Notes: generated from the sequence alone by a model not told the origin. Counted from the first letter of the stretch, positions 8,812 through 19,124 are shown. The stretch: DNA of 34,814 bases from Pseudonocardia sp. (GCA_035645455.1 DASQMQ010000339.1:1-34814); one strand, 5' to 3'. Made by a program: numbers and translations.

Positions 8812-10296
8812 ATGACGGAGTGGGAGTCCGGTGAGCCGCCCCGGCTCACCCCCCGTCCGGTGGAGCGGCCCGAGGTCGACCCGCACAGCGCGTCGGTGTT
8901 CGGCCGTCCGCGGGGGGTGCAGGGCGGCTTCGTCACCCCGTCCGGCCGACCCGCCCGCCCGCCCGCGGCCGCGCCCCCACCGCCCGCTCTGACCAGCGCG
9001 TTCGGCCGCCCGTCCGGTGCGGTGCCCACCCTGCAGCGGCCCCCGAACGGTTCCGGCGGACCTCGAGCCGACGACCCCAACCCGCTCTGGGACGCCGAGG
9101 ACGCCAACCCCTGGCGCGACCCGGAGAGCCCGGTCGGCCTCGGCCCGCCCGCGGTCGGTGCCGCCGACCCCGAGCCGGCCCCGCGCGGTGAGGGTGCCCG
9201 GCTGAGCCTGCGCGAGCTGCTGTTCGGCCGGCGCGTCGAGCCGCGCGCGCTGGCCCTGCTCGGGGTCCTCGCGCTGCTGGTCGGCGCGGCCGGCGGACTG
9301 GTCGGCCGCCTGACCGCGGAGGGCGCGGCCAGTCTCACCACCCCGGACCCGACGATCGCCCAGGCGGCCGCGGCCAAGGAGCGCCCGCCGGGCTCGGTGG
9401 CCGACATCGCCGCGCGCACCGTGCCCGCGGTCGTCTCGATCGAGATCCGGGTCGGCGAGGAGGGCGGGACCGGCTCCGGGGTGGTCATCGACCCGGCCGG
9501 CTACGTGCTGACCAACAACCACGTGATCGCCCCGGCCGCGGAGTCCAGCGGCTCCCAGGTGGAGGCGATCTTCCACGACGGCACCCGCAGCGCCGCGCAG
9601 ATCGTGGGCCGCGACCCGAAGACCGACCTGGCCGTGGTGAAGGTCGAGGTGGCCAACCCGGTGGTGGCCACCATCGGCTCCGCGGCCGACCTCGCGGTGG
9701 GCGACGGCGTGCTGGCCATCGGTTCGCCGCTGGGCCTGGTCGGCACGGTCACCGACGGCATCATCAGCGCGCTCAACCGCCCGGTCCGGCTGGACGCGGC
9801 CGGCACCGACTCCAACGCGGTGATCGACGCGATCCAGACCGACGCGGCGATCAACCCGGGCAACTCCGGCGGTCCGCTGGTCGACTCCACCGGCGCGGTG
9901 GTGGGCATCAACACCGCGATCCGCAGCCTGGGCGAGGGCGAGGGCGGCTCGATCGGGCTGGGCTTCGCCATCCCCATCGACGACGCCCGGGAGATCGCCG
10001 AGGAGCTGATCCGCACCGGCGCGGTCACGCACGCCGAGATGGGCGTCAACGCCCGCTCGGTCAGCGACGGCACCACCGACGGCGCCCAGGTGCAGAACGT
10101 GGTGCAGGGCGGGGCGGCGGCGCTGGCCGGGATCGTCGAGGGCGACGTCATCGTCCGGGTCGGCGAGCGGTCCATCGCCGGGGCCGACGAGCTGGTGGTG
10201 GCGGTGCGCGAGGGCGAACCGGGCGACACGGTGCCGATCGGGCTCATCCGCGAGGGCCGCCCGCTGACGCTGTCGGTGGTGCTAACGTCGGACTGA
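8812..10296 (+). CDS. htrA: HtrA/DegP-family serine protease with TM anchor and PDZ domain
   Basis: LTNNHV, DPKTDLAV, IQTDAAINPGNSGGPL triad motifs; C-terminal PDZ; Pro-rich N-terminus. Confidence 0.92.
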   Translation: MTEWESGEPPRLTPRPVERPEVDPHSASVFGRPRGVQGGFVTPSGRPARPPAAAPPPPALTSAFGRPSGAVPTLQRPPNGSGGPRADDPNPLWDAEDANPWRDPESPVGLGPPAVGAADPEPAPRGEGARLSLRELLFGRRVEPRALALLGVLALLVGAAGGLVGRLTAEGAASLTTPDPTIAQAAAAKERPPGSVADIAARTVPAVVSIEIRVGEEGGTGSGVVIDPAGYVLTNNHVIAPAAESSGSQVEAIFHDGTRSAAQIVGRDPKTDLAVVKVEVANPVVATIGSAADLAVGDGVLAIGSPLGLVGTVTDGIISALNRPVRLDAAGTDSNAVIDAIQTDAAINPGNSGGPLVDSTGAVVGINTAIRSLGEGEGGSIGLGFAIPIDDAREIAEELIRTGAVTHAEMGVNARSVSDGTTDGAQVQNVVQGGAAALAGIVEGDVIVRVGERSIAGADELVVAVREGEPGDTVPIGLIREGRPLTLSVVLTSD

Positions 10297-10344
10297 GCGC
10301 CGACGCACCGGGGACCGCGCGCCCGACTGCCGTAGGCTGGCCCG

Positions 10345-10758
10345 GTGTTCGACAGCGTGGGCTTGGGCGAGGTCCTCGTCCTGATCGTGGCCGGTCTGTT
10401 CATCCTCGGTCCGGAGCGCCTGCCGTCCGCCGCGGCCTGGCTGGGCCGCTCGATCCGGCAGGTCCGCGAGTACGCCACCGGCGCCCGCGACCAGCTGCGC
10501 GGGGAGCTCGGGCCGGAGTTCGACGAGCTGCGCAAACCGCTGGAGGAGCTGCGCGGCCTGCGCAACTTCAACCCGCGCACCGCGGCCACCCGGGCGCTGT
10601 TCGACGACGGACCCGCGGTCAAGCCCAACGGCTACGCCCCCGGCCCCAACCTCACCAAGCCCACCAACGGCAGCACGCCCGCCCCGCCCCCGGCCGCGCC
10701 CGCCCCGGTCCCGCTGACCAAGAACGAGCGCCCCCCGATCGACCCCGACGCCACCTGA
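10345..10758 (+). CDS. tatB: Tat translocase subunit TatB
   Basis: [37 protein letters not shown]; TAGGCT lies 6 nt before GTG. Confidence 0.92.
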   Translation: MFDSVGLGEVLVLIVAGLFILGPERLPSAAAWLGRSIRQVREYATGARDQLRGELGPEFDELRKPLEELRGLRNFNPRTAATRALFDDGPAVKPNGYAPGPNLTKPTNGSTPAPPPAAPAPVPLTKNERPPIDPDAT

Positions 10759-10761
10759 CCC

Positions 10762-12147
10762 TCACGCCCGACGCAGGTGGTGGGTGGTGGCCTGCTGGAA
10801 GGCGTGCGCGGCGGTCAGCACCACGGCATCGGCGTGCCGGGGGCCGACGATCTGCAGGCCGATCGGCAGGCCGGCGGCGGTGGTGCCGCAGGGGACGCTG
10901 GCCGCCGGCTGCTGGGTCATGTTGAACGGGTAGGTGAACGGCGTCCACGTCGTCCAGCGCCGGCCCGCCCACTCGACCGGGGCCTCGGTACCCGCCGCGA
11001 ACGCCGCGATCGGCATGGTCGGGGTGAGCAGCAGGTCGAACCGGCGGTGGAAGGCGCCCATCAGGGTGCCCAGCTCGGTGCGCACGGTGCTCGCGTCCAG
11101 GTACTCGACGGCGCTGCGCCGGGCGCCCTGCTCGGCCACCTGGACCAGGCCGGGGTCGATCTCGTCGCGGCGGGCCAGCAGCGGCGCCAGCACGGCGGCG
11201 GCCCCGGCGAACCACAGCACCTGGAACGCCTCCAGCGGGTCGGCGAAGCCGGGCTCCGCCCGCTCGACGGCTGCGCCGAGGTCGGCGAACACCTGCACCG
11301 CGGCGGCCACCGCGGCCGCCACCTCCGGGTCCACCCGGGCGTGACCGAGCGCCGGACTGAACGCGATCCGCAGACCGGCGACGCCGTCGGCGAGCCGCGG
11401 GCCGGCCGGCCCGGGCGGGGCCAGCGCCCACGGGTCGCGCGGGTCGGCCCCGGACAGCACGTCCAGCAGCAGGGCCGCGTCGGCCGCCGTGCGGGTCATC
11501 GGCCCGACGTGGGACAGCGTGCCGAACGGGCTGGCCGGGTACAGCGGCACCCGGCCGTAGGTCGGCTTGATCGTGGTGATCCCGCAGAAGGACGCCGGGA
11601 TGCGCACCGAGCCGCCGCCGTCGGTGCCCAGGCTGAGCGGTCCCATCCCGGCCGCGACGGCCGCCGCGCTGCCCCCGGACGACCCGCCCGGGGTGCGGGT
11701 GGGGTCCCACGGGTTGTGGGTGGTCCCGGTCAGCGGCGAGTCGGTGACGCCCTTCCAGCCGAACTCCGGCGTGGTGGTCTTGCCGACCAGCACGCCGCCG
11801 GCCTCGCGGACCCGGGCCACCGCCGGTGCGTCGACGTCGGCGGGGGCGTCCGGGTCGGTGGTGCGCGAGCCGCGCCGGGTCGGCCAGCCCGCGGTCACCA
11901 GCAGGTCCTTGACCGAGACGGGCACCCCGTCCAGCGGGCCCTGCGGCGCACCGCGCCGCCAGCGCTGCTCGGCGGCGGCCGCCGACGCGCTCGCGGCCTC
12001 CTCGTCGACCAGGCAGTAGGCGTTGAGTCGCGGGTCGCGGGTGCGGATCCGGTCGAGCACCGCGCGGGTCGCCTCCACCGGGGAGAACCGGCCGGTGCGG
12101 TACCCGTCCAGCAGGTCGAGGGCGGTCAGGTCGGCGAGCTCGGTCAT
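10762..12147 (-). CDS. Amidase-signature family amidase
   Basis: [42 protein letters not shown]. Confidence 0.9.
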   Translation of the reverse strand: MTELADLTALDLLDGYRTGRFSPVEATRAVLDRIRTRDPRLNAYCLVDEEAASASAAAAEQRWRRGAPQGPLDGVPVSVKDLLVTAGWPTRRGSRTTDPDAPADVDAPAVARVREAGGVLVGKTTTPEFGWKGVTDSPLTGTTHNPWDPTRTPGGSSGGSAAAVAAGMGPLSLGTDGGGSVRIPASFCGITTIKPTYGRVPLYPASPFGTLSHVGPMTRTAADAALLLDVLSGADPRDPWALAPPGPAGPRLADGVAGLRIAFSPALGHARVDPEVAAAVAAAVQVFADLGAAVERAEPGFADPLEAFQVLWFAGAAAVLAPLLARRDEIDPGLVQVAEQGARRSAVEYLDASTVRTELGTLMGAFHRRFDLLLTPTMPIAAFAAGTEAPVEWAGRRWTTWTPFTYPFNMTQQPAASVPCGTTAAGLPIGLQIVGPRHADAVVLTAAHAFQQATTHHLRRA

Positions 12148-12220
12148 GCCCCACTCCCGTCGAGGACGACGCCACGGCGATCAACCCGGTGATCACCGTA
12201 ACGCCGTGCCCGGCGGCGGG

Positions 12221-13369
12221 TCAGCGGCGAACGGGGGTGATGTTCAGGCTCATCCCGGCCAGCCCGCGGGCCCGGGTGGTCAGCCGGTCGGCGACCGCGG
12301 ACAGCGCGACGGCGCTGGCGCTGGCCGGGTCGGCCAGCACGATCGGGGTGCCGGCGTCGCCGCACTCGCGCAGCCGGGTCTCCAGCGGGATCTGCCCGAG
12401 CAGCGGCACCGGGGCGCCCAGGGCACGGGTCAGCGAGTCGGCCACGGTCTGCCCGCCGCCGGACCCGAACACCTCCATCCGGGTGCCGTCGGGCAGCTCC
12501 ATCCAGGACATGTTCTCCACCACCCCGGCCAGCCGCTGGCGGGTCTGCAGGGCGATCGAGCCGGCCCGCTCGGCGACCTCGGCCGCGGCCGCCTGCGGGG
12601 TGGTGACCACCAGCAGCTCGGCGTTGGGCACCAGCTGGGCGGTGGAGATCGCGATGTCGCCGGTGCCCGGGGGCAGGTCCAGCAGCAGGACGTCCAGGTC
12701 GCCCCAGAACACGTCGGCCAGGAACTGCTGCAGCGCCCGGTGCAGCATCGGCCCGCGCCACACCACGGCCTCGTTGCCCGGGGTGAACATGCCGATCGAG
12801 ATGACCTTCACCCCGTGCGCCTGCGGCGGCATGATCATGTCGTCGACCTTGGTGGGCCGGGCGGACGTGCCGAGCATGCGGGGCACCGAGTGGCCGTAGA
12901 TGTCGGCGTCGACCACGCCGACCGCGAGCCCCCTGGCCGCCATGGCCGCGGCCAGGTTGACCGTCACCGAGGACTTGCCGACCCCGCCCTTGCCCGACGC
13001 CACGCAGTACACCCTGGTCAACGAGCCGGGCTGGGCGAACGGGATGACCGGCTCGGCGGCGTCGCCGCGCAGGCTGCGGCGCAGCTCGGTGCGCTGCTCG
13101 TCGCTCATCACGTCCAGGGTCACCCCGACCGAGCTGATCCCGGGCACCGCCGAGACCGCGGCGGTGACCCGGTTGGTGATGGTCTCGCGCATCGGGCAGC
13201 CGGCGACGGTCAGGTAGACGGCCACCTCCGCCCGGCCGTCCGGGGAGACCGCGACGCTCTTGACCATGCCCAGGTCGGTGATCGGCCGGTGGATCTCCGG
13301 GTCCTCGACGGTGGCCAGCGCGGCGCGCACGGCCTGCTCGACGGTGGTGGTGTGACCGGTGGTGGACAT
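12221..13369 (-). CDS. mrp: Mrp/NBP35 ATP-binding Fe-S cluster carrier
   Basis: N-terminal DUF59-like DPEI..GCP, SGKGGVGKS, DADIYG, WRGPMLH, DLPPGTGD. Confidence 0.93.
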   Translation of the reverse strand: MSTTGHTTTVEQAVRAALATVEDPEIHRPITDLGMVKSVAVSPDGRAEVAVYLTVAGCPMRETITNRVTAAVSAVPGISSVGVTLDVMSDEQRTELRRSLRGDAAEPVIPFAQPGSLTRVYCVASGKGGVGKSSVTVNLAAAMAARGLAVGVVDADIYGHSVPRMLGTSARPTKVDDMIMPPQAHGVKVISIGMFTPGNEAVVWRGPMLHRALQQFLADVFWGDLDVLLLDLPPGTGDIAISTAQLVPNAELLVVTTPQAAAAEVAERAGSIALQTRQRLAGVVENMSWMELPDGTRMEVFGSGGGQTVADSLTRALGAPVPLLGQIPLETRLRECGDAGTPIVLADPASASAVALSAVADRLTTRARGLAGMSLNITPVRR

Positions 13370-13531
13370 CAGTGCCTTCCTGGGGCCTTCGGGGTGCGGC
13401 GGGCTGCGGTGCGGCCGGGCCGGGGCCGGCGTGCGGCCAGCGGGCGAACCGGGCTGGTCCCGCCGCCCATGCTACGTCCGCGCGCGGTCCGGACTCGTTG
13501 CGCGGCAGCCGGCTCCGTAGCATCCGATGAT

Positions 13532-14011
13532 GTGACGCACACCGCCGCGCCCGCGGACGCGACCGGCTCCCCCCACCGCCGCGCGGTGCCGTCCCGGGCC
13601 CAGCTCGACTCCTGGCGGTCCTTCCTGCGCGCCCACGCGGCCATCACCCGGGCCCTGGAGGCCGAGCTGCTGGCCGAGCAGCAGCTCTCGCTGGCCGCCT
13701 ACGACGTGCTCGTGCAGCTGGTGGAGGCCCCCGGGCGGCGGCTGCGGATGACCGAGCTGGCCGACGCCGTGCTGCTGTCCCGGTCCGGGGTGACCCGGCT
13801 GGTCGACCGGCTGGAGAAGGCCGGGCTGGTGTCGCGCTGCCCGGTCGCCGGGGACGGGCGCGGGGTGGCCGCGGAGCTCACCGAGGCCGGGCTCAACCGG
13901 TTGCGGACGGCCTCGCGCACGCACCTGAGCGGGGTGATGCGGCACTTCGTGGAGCCGCTGGGCGACGACCTGGCCCCGCTGGAGCGGATCAGTCGTCGAC
14001 TGGCCGACTGA
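13532..14011 (+). CDS. MarR family transcriptional regulator
   Basis: WRSFLRAH, YDVLVQL, LRMTELADAVLLSRSGVTRLVDRLE, DGRGV..ELT; TAGCAT upstream. Confidence 0.9.
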   Translation: MTHTAAPADATGSPHRRAVPSRAQLDSWRSFLRAHAAITRALEAELLAEQQLSLAAYDVLVQLVEAPGRRLRMTELADAVLLSRSGVTRLVDRLEKAGLVSRCPVAGDGRGVAAELTEAGLNRLRTASRTHLSGVMRHFVEPLGDDLAPLERISRRLAD

Positions 14012-14501
14012 ACCGCGTCCGCGGCGCCGGTTCGCCGCCCGACTCCAGCCGTGCGCCCAGCTTGTCCAACTCGCCGCGCAGGTAGTCGCGGGTGGCCACC
14101 TCACCGAGCGCGATCCGCAGCGCGGCCAGCTCGCGGGCCAGGTACTCGGTGTCGGCCTTGGTCCGTTCGGCCCGGAGCCGGTCCTCCTCCAGGGAGATCC
14201 GGTCCCGGTCGTCCTGCCGGTTCTGGGCCAGCAGGATCAGCGGCGCGGCGTACGCGGCCTGGGTGGAGAAGGCCAGGTTGAGCAGGATGAACGGGTAGGG
14301 GTCCCAGCGCAGCGACACCGCGACCAGGTTCACCGTGATCCAGATCACCACCAGCACGGTCTGGATGGCCAGGAACCGCCCGGTTCCCAGGAACCGGGCG
14401 ACCCGCTCGGACAGCCGCGGGAACCAGTCCGGGTCGAGCTCGAACCGGGCGGCGCCGAGCCGGGGCTGGTCGAGCCGGCGGTGGGTGGTGTTCTCAGGCA
14501 T
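13989..14501 (-). CDS. DUF1003 membrane protein (Rv1231c-like)
   Basis: WDPYPFILLNLAFSTQAAYAAPLILLAQNRQ. Confidence 0.92.
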   Translation of the reverse strand: MPENTTHRRLDQPRLGAARFELDPDWFPRLSERVARFLGTGRFLAIQTVLVVIWITVNLVAVSLRWDPYPFILLNLAFSTQAAYAAPLILLAQNRQDDRDRISLEEDRLRAERTKADTEYLARELAALRIALGEVATRDYLRGELDKLGARLESGGEPAPRTRFSRPVDD

Positions 14502-15798
14502 CGGCCACCTCCGTGTGCCGGCCGGCCCGGTCCGGACGGGGCTGCTCGCCGTTGCGGTCCTCGGGGTCGGTGAGCCGGTCGCGCCAGTCCGAGGGCAGCA
14601 GGTGGTCCAGCACGTCGTCCACGGTGACCGCGCCGAGCAGGTGGTCCTCGGTGTCCACCACCGGCCCGGCGACCAGGTTGTAGGCGGCGAAGTAGCGGGT
14701 CACCTCGCCGAGCGTGGCGTCCGGGGACAGCCGCGCCAGGTCGCTGTCCACCACGCCGGCGACCAGCGCGAACGGCGCCTCCCGGAGCAGCCGCTGGACG
14801 TGCGCGCAGCCCAGGTAGCGTCCGGTCGGGGTCTCGGTGGGCGGTCGGCAGACGAACACCATGCTGGCCAGCGCGGGCGGGATGTCGGGGTTGCGGATGC
14901 GGGCCAGCGCCTCGGCCACGGTGGCGTCCGGCCGCAGGATGATCGGCTCCGGGGTCATCAGCCCGCCGGCGGTGTTGGACGAGTAGCTCATCAGCCGGCG
15001 CACCGGCTCGGACCCGCCCGGCTCCATCAGCGCCAGCAGCGACTCGGACTCGGCGTCGGGCAGCTCGTGCAGCAGGTCGGCGGCGTCGTCGGGGGACATC
15101 GCCTCGAGCACGTCGGCGGCCCGCTCGGCGTGCAGGTGGCCGAGCAGCACCCGCTGGTCGGCCTCGGAGAGCTCCTCGAAGATGTCGGCCAGGCGCTCGT
15201 CGTCCAGCGCGTCGACCACCTCCAGCCGGCGCTTCTCGGGCAGCTCGGACAGCGCCGACGCGACGTCGGCGGGGCGCATGGTCTCGAACACGCTGAGCAG
15301 GCCGGCGGTGCCCTGCCGGTCGGACAGGCTCAGCCCGGTCGCCGCCCGCCAGGCCACCACCCGCACCTGGCCGCGCCGGGAGAAGCCGTGCCGGCGGGGC
15401 CGCACGGCCAGCTGGGTGATCACCCAGTCGCGCGAGCGGGTGGGCTCGATGGCCGCGTCGACGACCACGTTCTGCTCCCCGGTCTCCACCAGCGTCACCG
15501 GGGCGTCCAGCAGCTGGCCGACGATCAGGGTCTCGTTGGGCCGCTGGGTGAACCCGCGCAGGCTGACCGACCCGGTGACCAGGGTGACCGCGCCGGGGTC
15601 GATGGTGGCCACCCGCAGCATCGGTACGAAGATCCGCCGCCGGGTGACCATCTCGACCACGATGCCGATGATCCGCGGCGGACTGGCGTCGACCCGCAGG
15701 GTGGCCACCAGGTCGCGGACCTTGCCGATGCGCTCGCCGTCCGGACCGAAGACGGCCAGCCCCACCAGCCGGGCCACGAAGATCCGCTCGATGCCCAT
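14494..15798 (-). CDS. MgtE N-terminal / CBS domain protein without TM domain (Rv1232c-like)
   Basis: PRC-barrel N-terminus, M.PDDAADLL repeats, TAGGLMTPEP, CBS YNLVAGPVVD..VTVDDVLD. Confidence 0.9.
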   Translation of the reverse strand: MGIERIFVARLVGLAVFGPDGERIGKVRDLVATLRVDASPPRIIGIVVEMVTRRRIFVPMLRVATIDPGAVTLVTGSVSLRGFTQRPNETLIVGQLLDAPVTLVETGEQNVVVDAAIEPTRSRDWVITQLAVRPRRHGFSRRGQVRVVAWRAATGLSLSDRQGTAGLLSVFETMRPADVASALSELPEKRRLEVVDALDDERLADIFEELSEADQRVLLGHLHAERAADVLEAMSPDDAADLLHELPDAESESLLALMEPGGSEPVRRLMSYSSNTAGGLMTPEPIILRPDATVAEALARIRNPDIPPALASMVFVCRPPTETPTGRYLGCAHVQRLLREAPFALVAGVVDSDLARLSPDATLGEVTRYFAAYNLVAGPVVDTEDHLLGAVTVDDVLDHLLPSDWRDRLTDPEDRNGEQPRPDRAGRHTEVADA

Positions 15799-15906
15799 CG
15801 CGCACCTCCTCTCCCGGTCCGGTGCAGCCTAGGTCACCGGGTCGCAGTGGATCATGTTGCGGATTCCCGGATGTCCGCGCCCCGGCGGCTGGCTAGCCTC
15901 GGGCCG

Positions 15907-16791
15907 GTGACCGGGCTGCGCTACGACGTCGTCGACGTGTTCACCGACCGGGCCTACGCGGGCAACCCGCTGGCGGTGGTGCACGGCGCGAACGACCTGT
16001 CCACGGCCCAGATGCAGGCCGTCGCGGCCGAGTTCGGGCTGTCCGAGACCGCGTTCCCGCTGCCGCCGACCACGCCGCGCGCCGACTACCGGCTGCGCAT
16101 CTTCACCCCGGGCGCCGAACTGCCCTTCGCCGGGCACCCCAGCGTCGGGTCGGCGTGGGTGCTGGCCCGCGCCGGGCTGATCCGCACCGGGGCCGTCGTG
16201 CAGGAGTGCGGTGCCGGCCTGCTGCCGGTGCGGGTGGACGAGCACGGCGCGGAGGTCGAGGGCGGCCGGCCGGAGGTCGGCGCCGCCCTGGACGGCCCGG
16301 CGCTGGCCGGCGCGGTGGGGCTGACCCCGGACGACCTCGACCCGGCGGTGCCGCCCGGGTCCGCCGCGGCCGGGGTGCCCTACGCGTTCCTGCCGGTCCG
16401 CCCGGACGCGGTGGCCCGGGCCGAGCCGCACCCGGCCGAGCTGCGCCGGGTGCTCGCCGGAGCCGGCCTCGGCGGGCACCCCGGGGTCGTCGTGGTCGCC
16501 TTCGACCGGACCGGGTCCCGGGCGCACGTGCGCATGTTCGCCCCCGAGGTCGGGGTGGTCGAGGACCCGGCGACCGGCTCGGCCGCGGTCGCGCTCGGGG
16601 TGTTCCTGGTCGACCGCGGGGTGCTCGCCGCGGACGGGCAGACCGGCATCGTGGTCGCCCAGGGCGCGGAGATGGGACGCCCGTCGACACTGGCCCTGAC
16701 GGTGCACGCCGAGGGTGGCGCCGCGGTGCGGACGGCGGTGGGCGGGGGTGTCGCGGCGTTCGCCCGGGGCGAGCTGCTGGCCCGCCCCTGA
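15907..16791 (+). CDS. PhzF family (DAP-epimerase fold) isomerase
   Basis: [52 protein letters not shown]; TAGCCT lies 7 nt before GTG. Confidence 0.92.
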   Translation: MTGLRYDVVDVFTDRAYAGNPLAVVHGANDLSTAQMQAVAAEFGLSETAFPLPPTTPRADYRLRIFTPGAELPFAGHPSVGSAWVLARAGLIRTGAVVQECGAGLLPVRVDEHGAEVEGGRPEVGAALDGPALAGAVGLTPDDLDPAVPPGSAAAGVPYAFLPVRPDAVARAEPHPAELRRVLAGAGLGGHPGVVVVAFDRTGSRAHVRMFAPEVGVVEDPATGSAAVALGVFLVDRGVLAADGQTGIVVAQGAEMGRPSTLALTVHAEGGAAVRTAVGGGVAAFARGELLARP

Positions 16792-16908
16792 CCGCGGAAC
16801 CCCCGCGTCACCTCGCGTGGGTGAGAAACCAATCACGCGGCGACCCACGATCGGCGGGTGCGTGCCAGCATCATCACCACCCGTGCCGATCTCGATGAGG
16901 AGTCCGCC

Positions 16909-17871
16909 GTGACGACGACCCGCACCCGCGCCCGCCGGTCCTGCATGGCGGTCCCCGGGTCCAACCAGAAGTTCATCGACAAGGCGCGGACGCTGCCGGT
17001 CGACCAGTTCTTCCTGGACCTGGAGGACGCCTGCGCGCCGCTGGCCAAGCCGGGTGCGCGCAAGACGATCGTGGCGGCGCTGAACGAGGGCGGCTGGGGC
17101 GACAAGCTGCGGGTGGTGCGGGTCAACGACTGGACCACCGAGTGGACCTACCGCGACGTCACCGAGGTCGTCGAGGGCGCCGGCGCCAACCTGGACGCGA
17201 TCATGCTGCCCAAGGTGCAGACGGCCGAGCAGATCGTCGCGCTGGACCTGCTGATGACCCAGATCGAGAAGGCCATGGGCTACCCGGTCGGGCGGATCGG
17301 CATCGAGGCGCAGATCGAGAACGCGCTGGGCCTGATCAACGTCAACGCCATCGCGAGCGCCTCCCCGCGGGTGGAGTCGATCATCTTCGGGCCGGCCGAC
17401 TTCATGGCCTCGATCAACATGAAGTCGCTGGTGGTGGGGGAGCAGCCGCCGGGCTACGACGTGGGGGACGCCTACCACCACATCCTGATGAGCATCCTGA
17501 TGGCCGCCCGGGCGCACGACAAGCAGGCCATCGACGGGCCGTACCTGCAGATCAAGGACGTGGACGGGTACCGGCGGGTGGCCGGGCGGGCGGCCGCGCT
17601 GGGCTTCGACGGCAAGTGGGTGCTGCACCCGGGCCAGATCGAGGCGGCGAACGAGACGTTCTCCCCGTCGCAGGCCGACTACGACCACGCCGAGAACATC
17701 CTGGACGCCTACGACTGGTTCACCTCCGAGGCCGGCGGCAAGCGCGGCGCGGCGATGCTCGGCGACGAGATGATCGACGAGGCCAGCCGGAAGATGGCGC
17801 TGGTGATCTCCGGAAAGGGCCGGGCAGCCGGCATGACCCGCGGCGACCGGTGGACCGCGCCGTCCGACTGA
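16909..17871 (+). CDS. HpcH/CitE-family CoA-ester lyase (malyl-/beta-methylmalyl-CoA lyase-like)
   Basis: RRSCMAVPGSN, FLDLEDA, VRVND, IEAQIEN, FGPADF, GFDGKWVLHP; GAGGAG SD. Confidence 0.85.
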   Translation: MTTTRTRARRSCMAVPGSNQKFIDKARTLPVDQFFLDLEDACAPLAKPGARKTIVAALNEGGWGDKLRVVRVNDWTTEWTYRDVTEVVEGAGANLDAIMLPKVQTAEQIVALDLLMTQIEKAMGYPVGRIGIEAQIENALGLINVNAIASASPRVESIIFGPADFMASINMKSLVVGEQPPGYDVGDAYHHILMSILMAARAHDKQAIDGPYLQIKDVDGYRRVAGRAAALGFDGKWVLHPGQIEAANETFSPSQADYDHAENILDAYDWFTSEAGGKRGAAMLGDEMIDEASRKMALVISGKGRAAGMTRGDRWTAPSD

Positions 17872-17881
17872 ATCCCGGTCA

Positions 17882-17897
17882 TACTCGTCGGTAACCT
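17882..17897 (+). promoter_or_regulatory. TACT-N4-GGTA imperfect palindrome overlapping a TAACCT -10
   Basis: aTACTcgtcGGTAacct directly upstream of the acyl-CoA dehydrogenase SD. Confidence 0.45.
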
Positions 17898-17918
17898 TGC
17901 CTCAGCAGGAGGAGCACC

Positions 17919-19124
17919 ATGGCCCGCCTCGCCCAGACCGCCGGTCTGACCGACATCCAGCAGGAGATCCTCGGCACCGTCCGGACGTTCGTGGACAAGG
18001 AGATCCTGCCGCACGCGACCGCCCTGGAGCACGCCGACGCCTACCCCCAGGACATCGTCGACGGGATGAAGGAGATGGGCCTGTTCGGGCTCACCATCCC
18101 CGAGGAGTTCGGCGGGCTCGGCGAGTCGCTGCTGACCTACGCCCTGGTCGTGGAGCAGATCGCGCGCGGCTGGATGAGCGTGTCCGGTGTGATCAACACC
18201 CACTTCATCGTGGCCCACATGATCACCCACCACGGCACCGACGAGCAGAAGCAGCGCTACCTGCCGCAGATGGCGCTCGGCGAGACCCGCGGTTCGTTCT
18301 CCATGTCCGAGCCCGACCTCGGCTCCGACGTCGCGGCCATCTCGACCAGGGCCGTGCAGGACGGCTCGGGTGCGGACGCCGAGTTCGTCATCGACGGCGC
18401 CAAGATGTGGCTGACCAACGGCGGCACCTCGAACCTGACCGCGGTGCTGGTGCGCACCGACGAGGGCGCCGAGCGCGCGCACCGCAACCTGACCTGCTTC
18501 CTGATCGAGAAGCCGGTCGGCTACGGCGAGGTCGCCCCCGGGCTGACCATCCCCGGCAAGATCGACAAGATGGGCTACAAGGGGGTGGACACCACCGAGA
18601 TGGTGTTCACCGGCCACCGGGTGCCCGCCGACCGGATCCTGGGCGGGCAGCGCGGCGGCGGGTTCGCCCAGATGATGGACGGCGTCGAGGTCGGCCGGGT
18701 GAACGTGGCCGCGCGCGCCTGCGGGATCTCCATCCGGGCGTTCGAGCTGGCCGTGGAGTACGCCCAGCAGCGCCGCACGTTCGGCAAGCCGATCGCCGAG
18801 CACCAGGCCATCGCGTTCAAGCTGGCCGAGATGGCGACCAAGGTCGAGGCCGCGCACCTGATGATGGTCAACGCCGCCCGGCTCAAGGACTCCGGCGCCC
18901 GCTTCGACGTCGAGTCGGGCATGGCGAAGCTGCTGGCCAGCGAGTACTGCGCGGAGGTCACCCAGGAGTCGTTCCGGATCCACGGCGGCTACGGCTACTC
19001 CAAGGAGTACGAGATCGAGCGGCTGATGCGCGAGGCGCCGTTCCTGCTGATCGGCGAGGGCACCAGCGAGATCCAGAAGACGATCATCAGCCGGGGCCTG
19101 CTGAAGGAGTACCGTTCGCGCTGA
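17919..19124 (+). CDS. Acyl-CoA dehydrogenase (methylsuccinyl-CoA dehydrogenase-like)
   Basis: SMSEPDLGSD, GAKMWLTNG, RRTFGKPIAEHQ, IHGGYGY, IGEGTSEIQK; AGGAGGAG SD. Confidence 0.92.
   Translation: MARLAQTAGLTDIQQEILGTVRTFVDKEILPHATALEHADAYPQDIVDGMKEMGLFGLTIPEEFGGLGESLLTYALVVEQIARGWMSVSGVINTHFIVAHMITHHGTDEQKQRYLPQMALGETRGSFSMSEPDLGSDVAAISTRAVQDGSGADAEFVIDGAKMWLTNGGTSNLTAVLVRTDEGAERAHRNLTCFLIEKPVGYGEVAPGLTIPGKIDKMGYKGVDTTEMVFTGHRVPADRILGGQRGGGFAQMMDGVEVGRVNVAARACGISIRAFELAVEYAQQRRTFGKPIAEHQAIAFKLAEMATKVEAAHLMMVNAARLKDSGARFDVESGMAKLLASEYCAEVTQESFRIHGGYGYSKEYEIERLMREAPFLLIGEGTSEIQKTIISRGLLKEYRSR

Noticed and set aside
6659-10296. Long ORF-track versions (702 aa and 742 aa) as fusion proteins
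   Set aside because: The N-terminal extensions overlap other genes; real starts at 7919 and 8812 fit operon structure. The same applies to 12023, 14335, 20011 and 21741.
14494-15798. Truncated or pseudogenised mgtE transporter
   Set aside because: The TM-less MgtE-N/CBS plus DUF1003 pair is a known intact actinobacterial arrangement (Rv1232c/Rv1231c).
15907-16791. Phenazine biosynthesis cluster
   Set aside because: A lone PhzF-family gene; no other phz genes.
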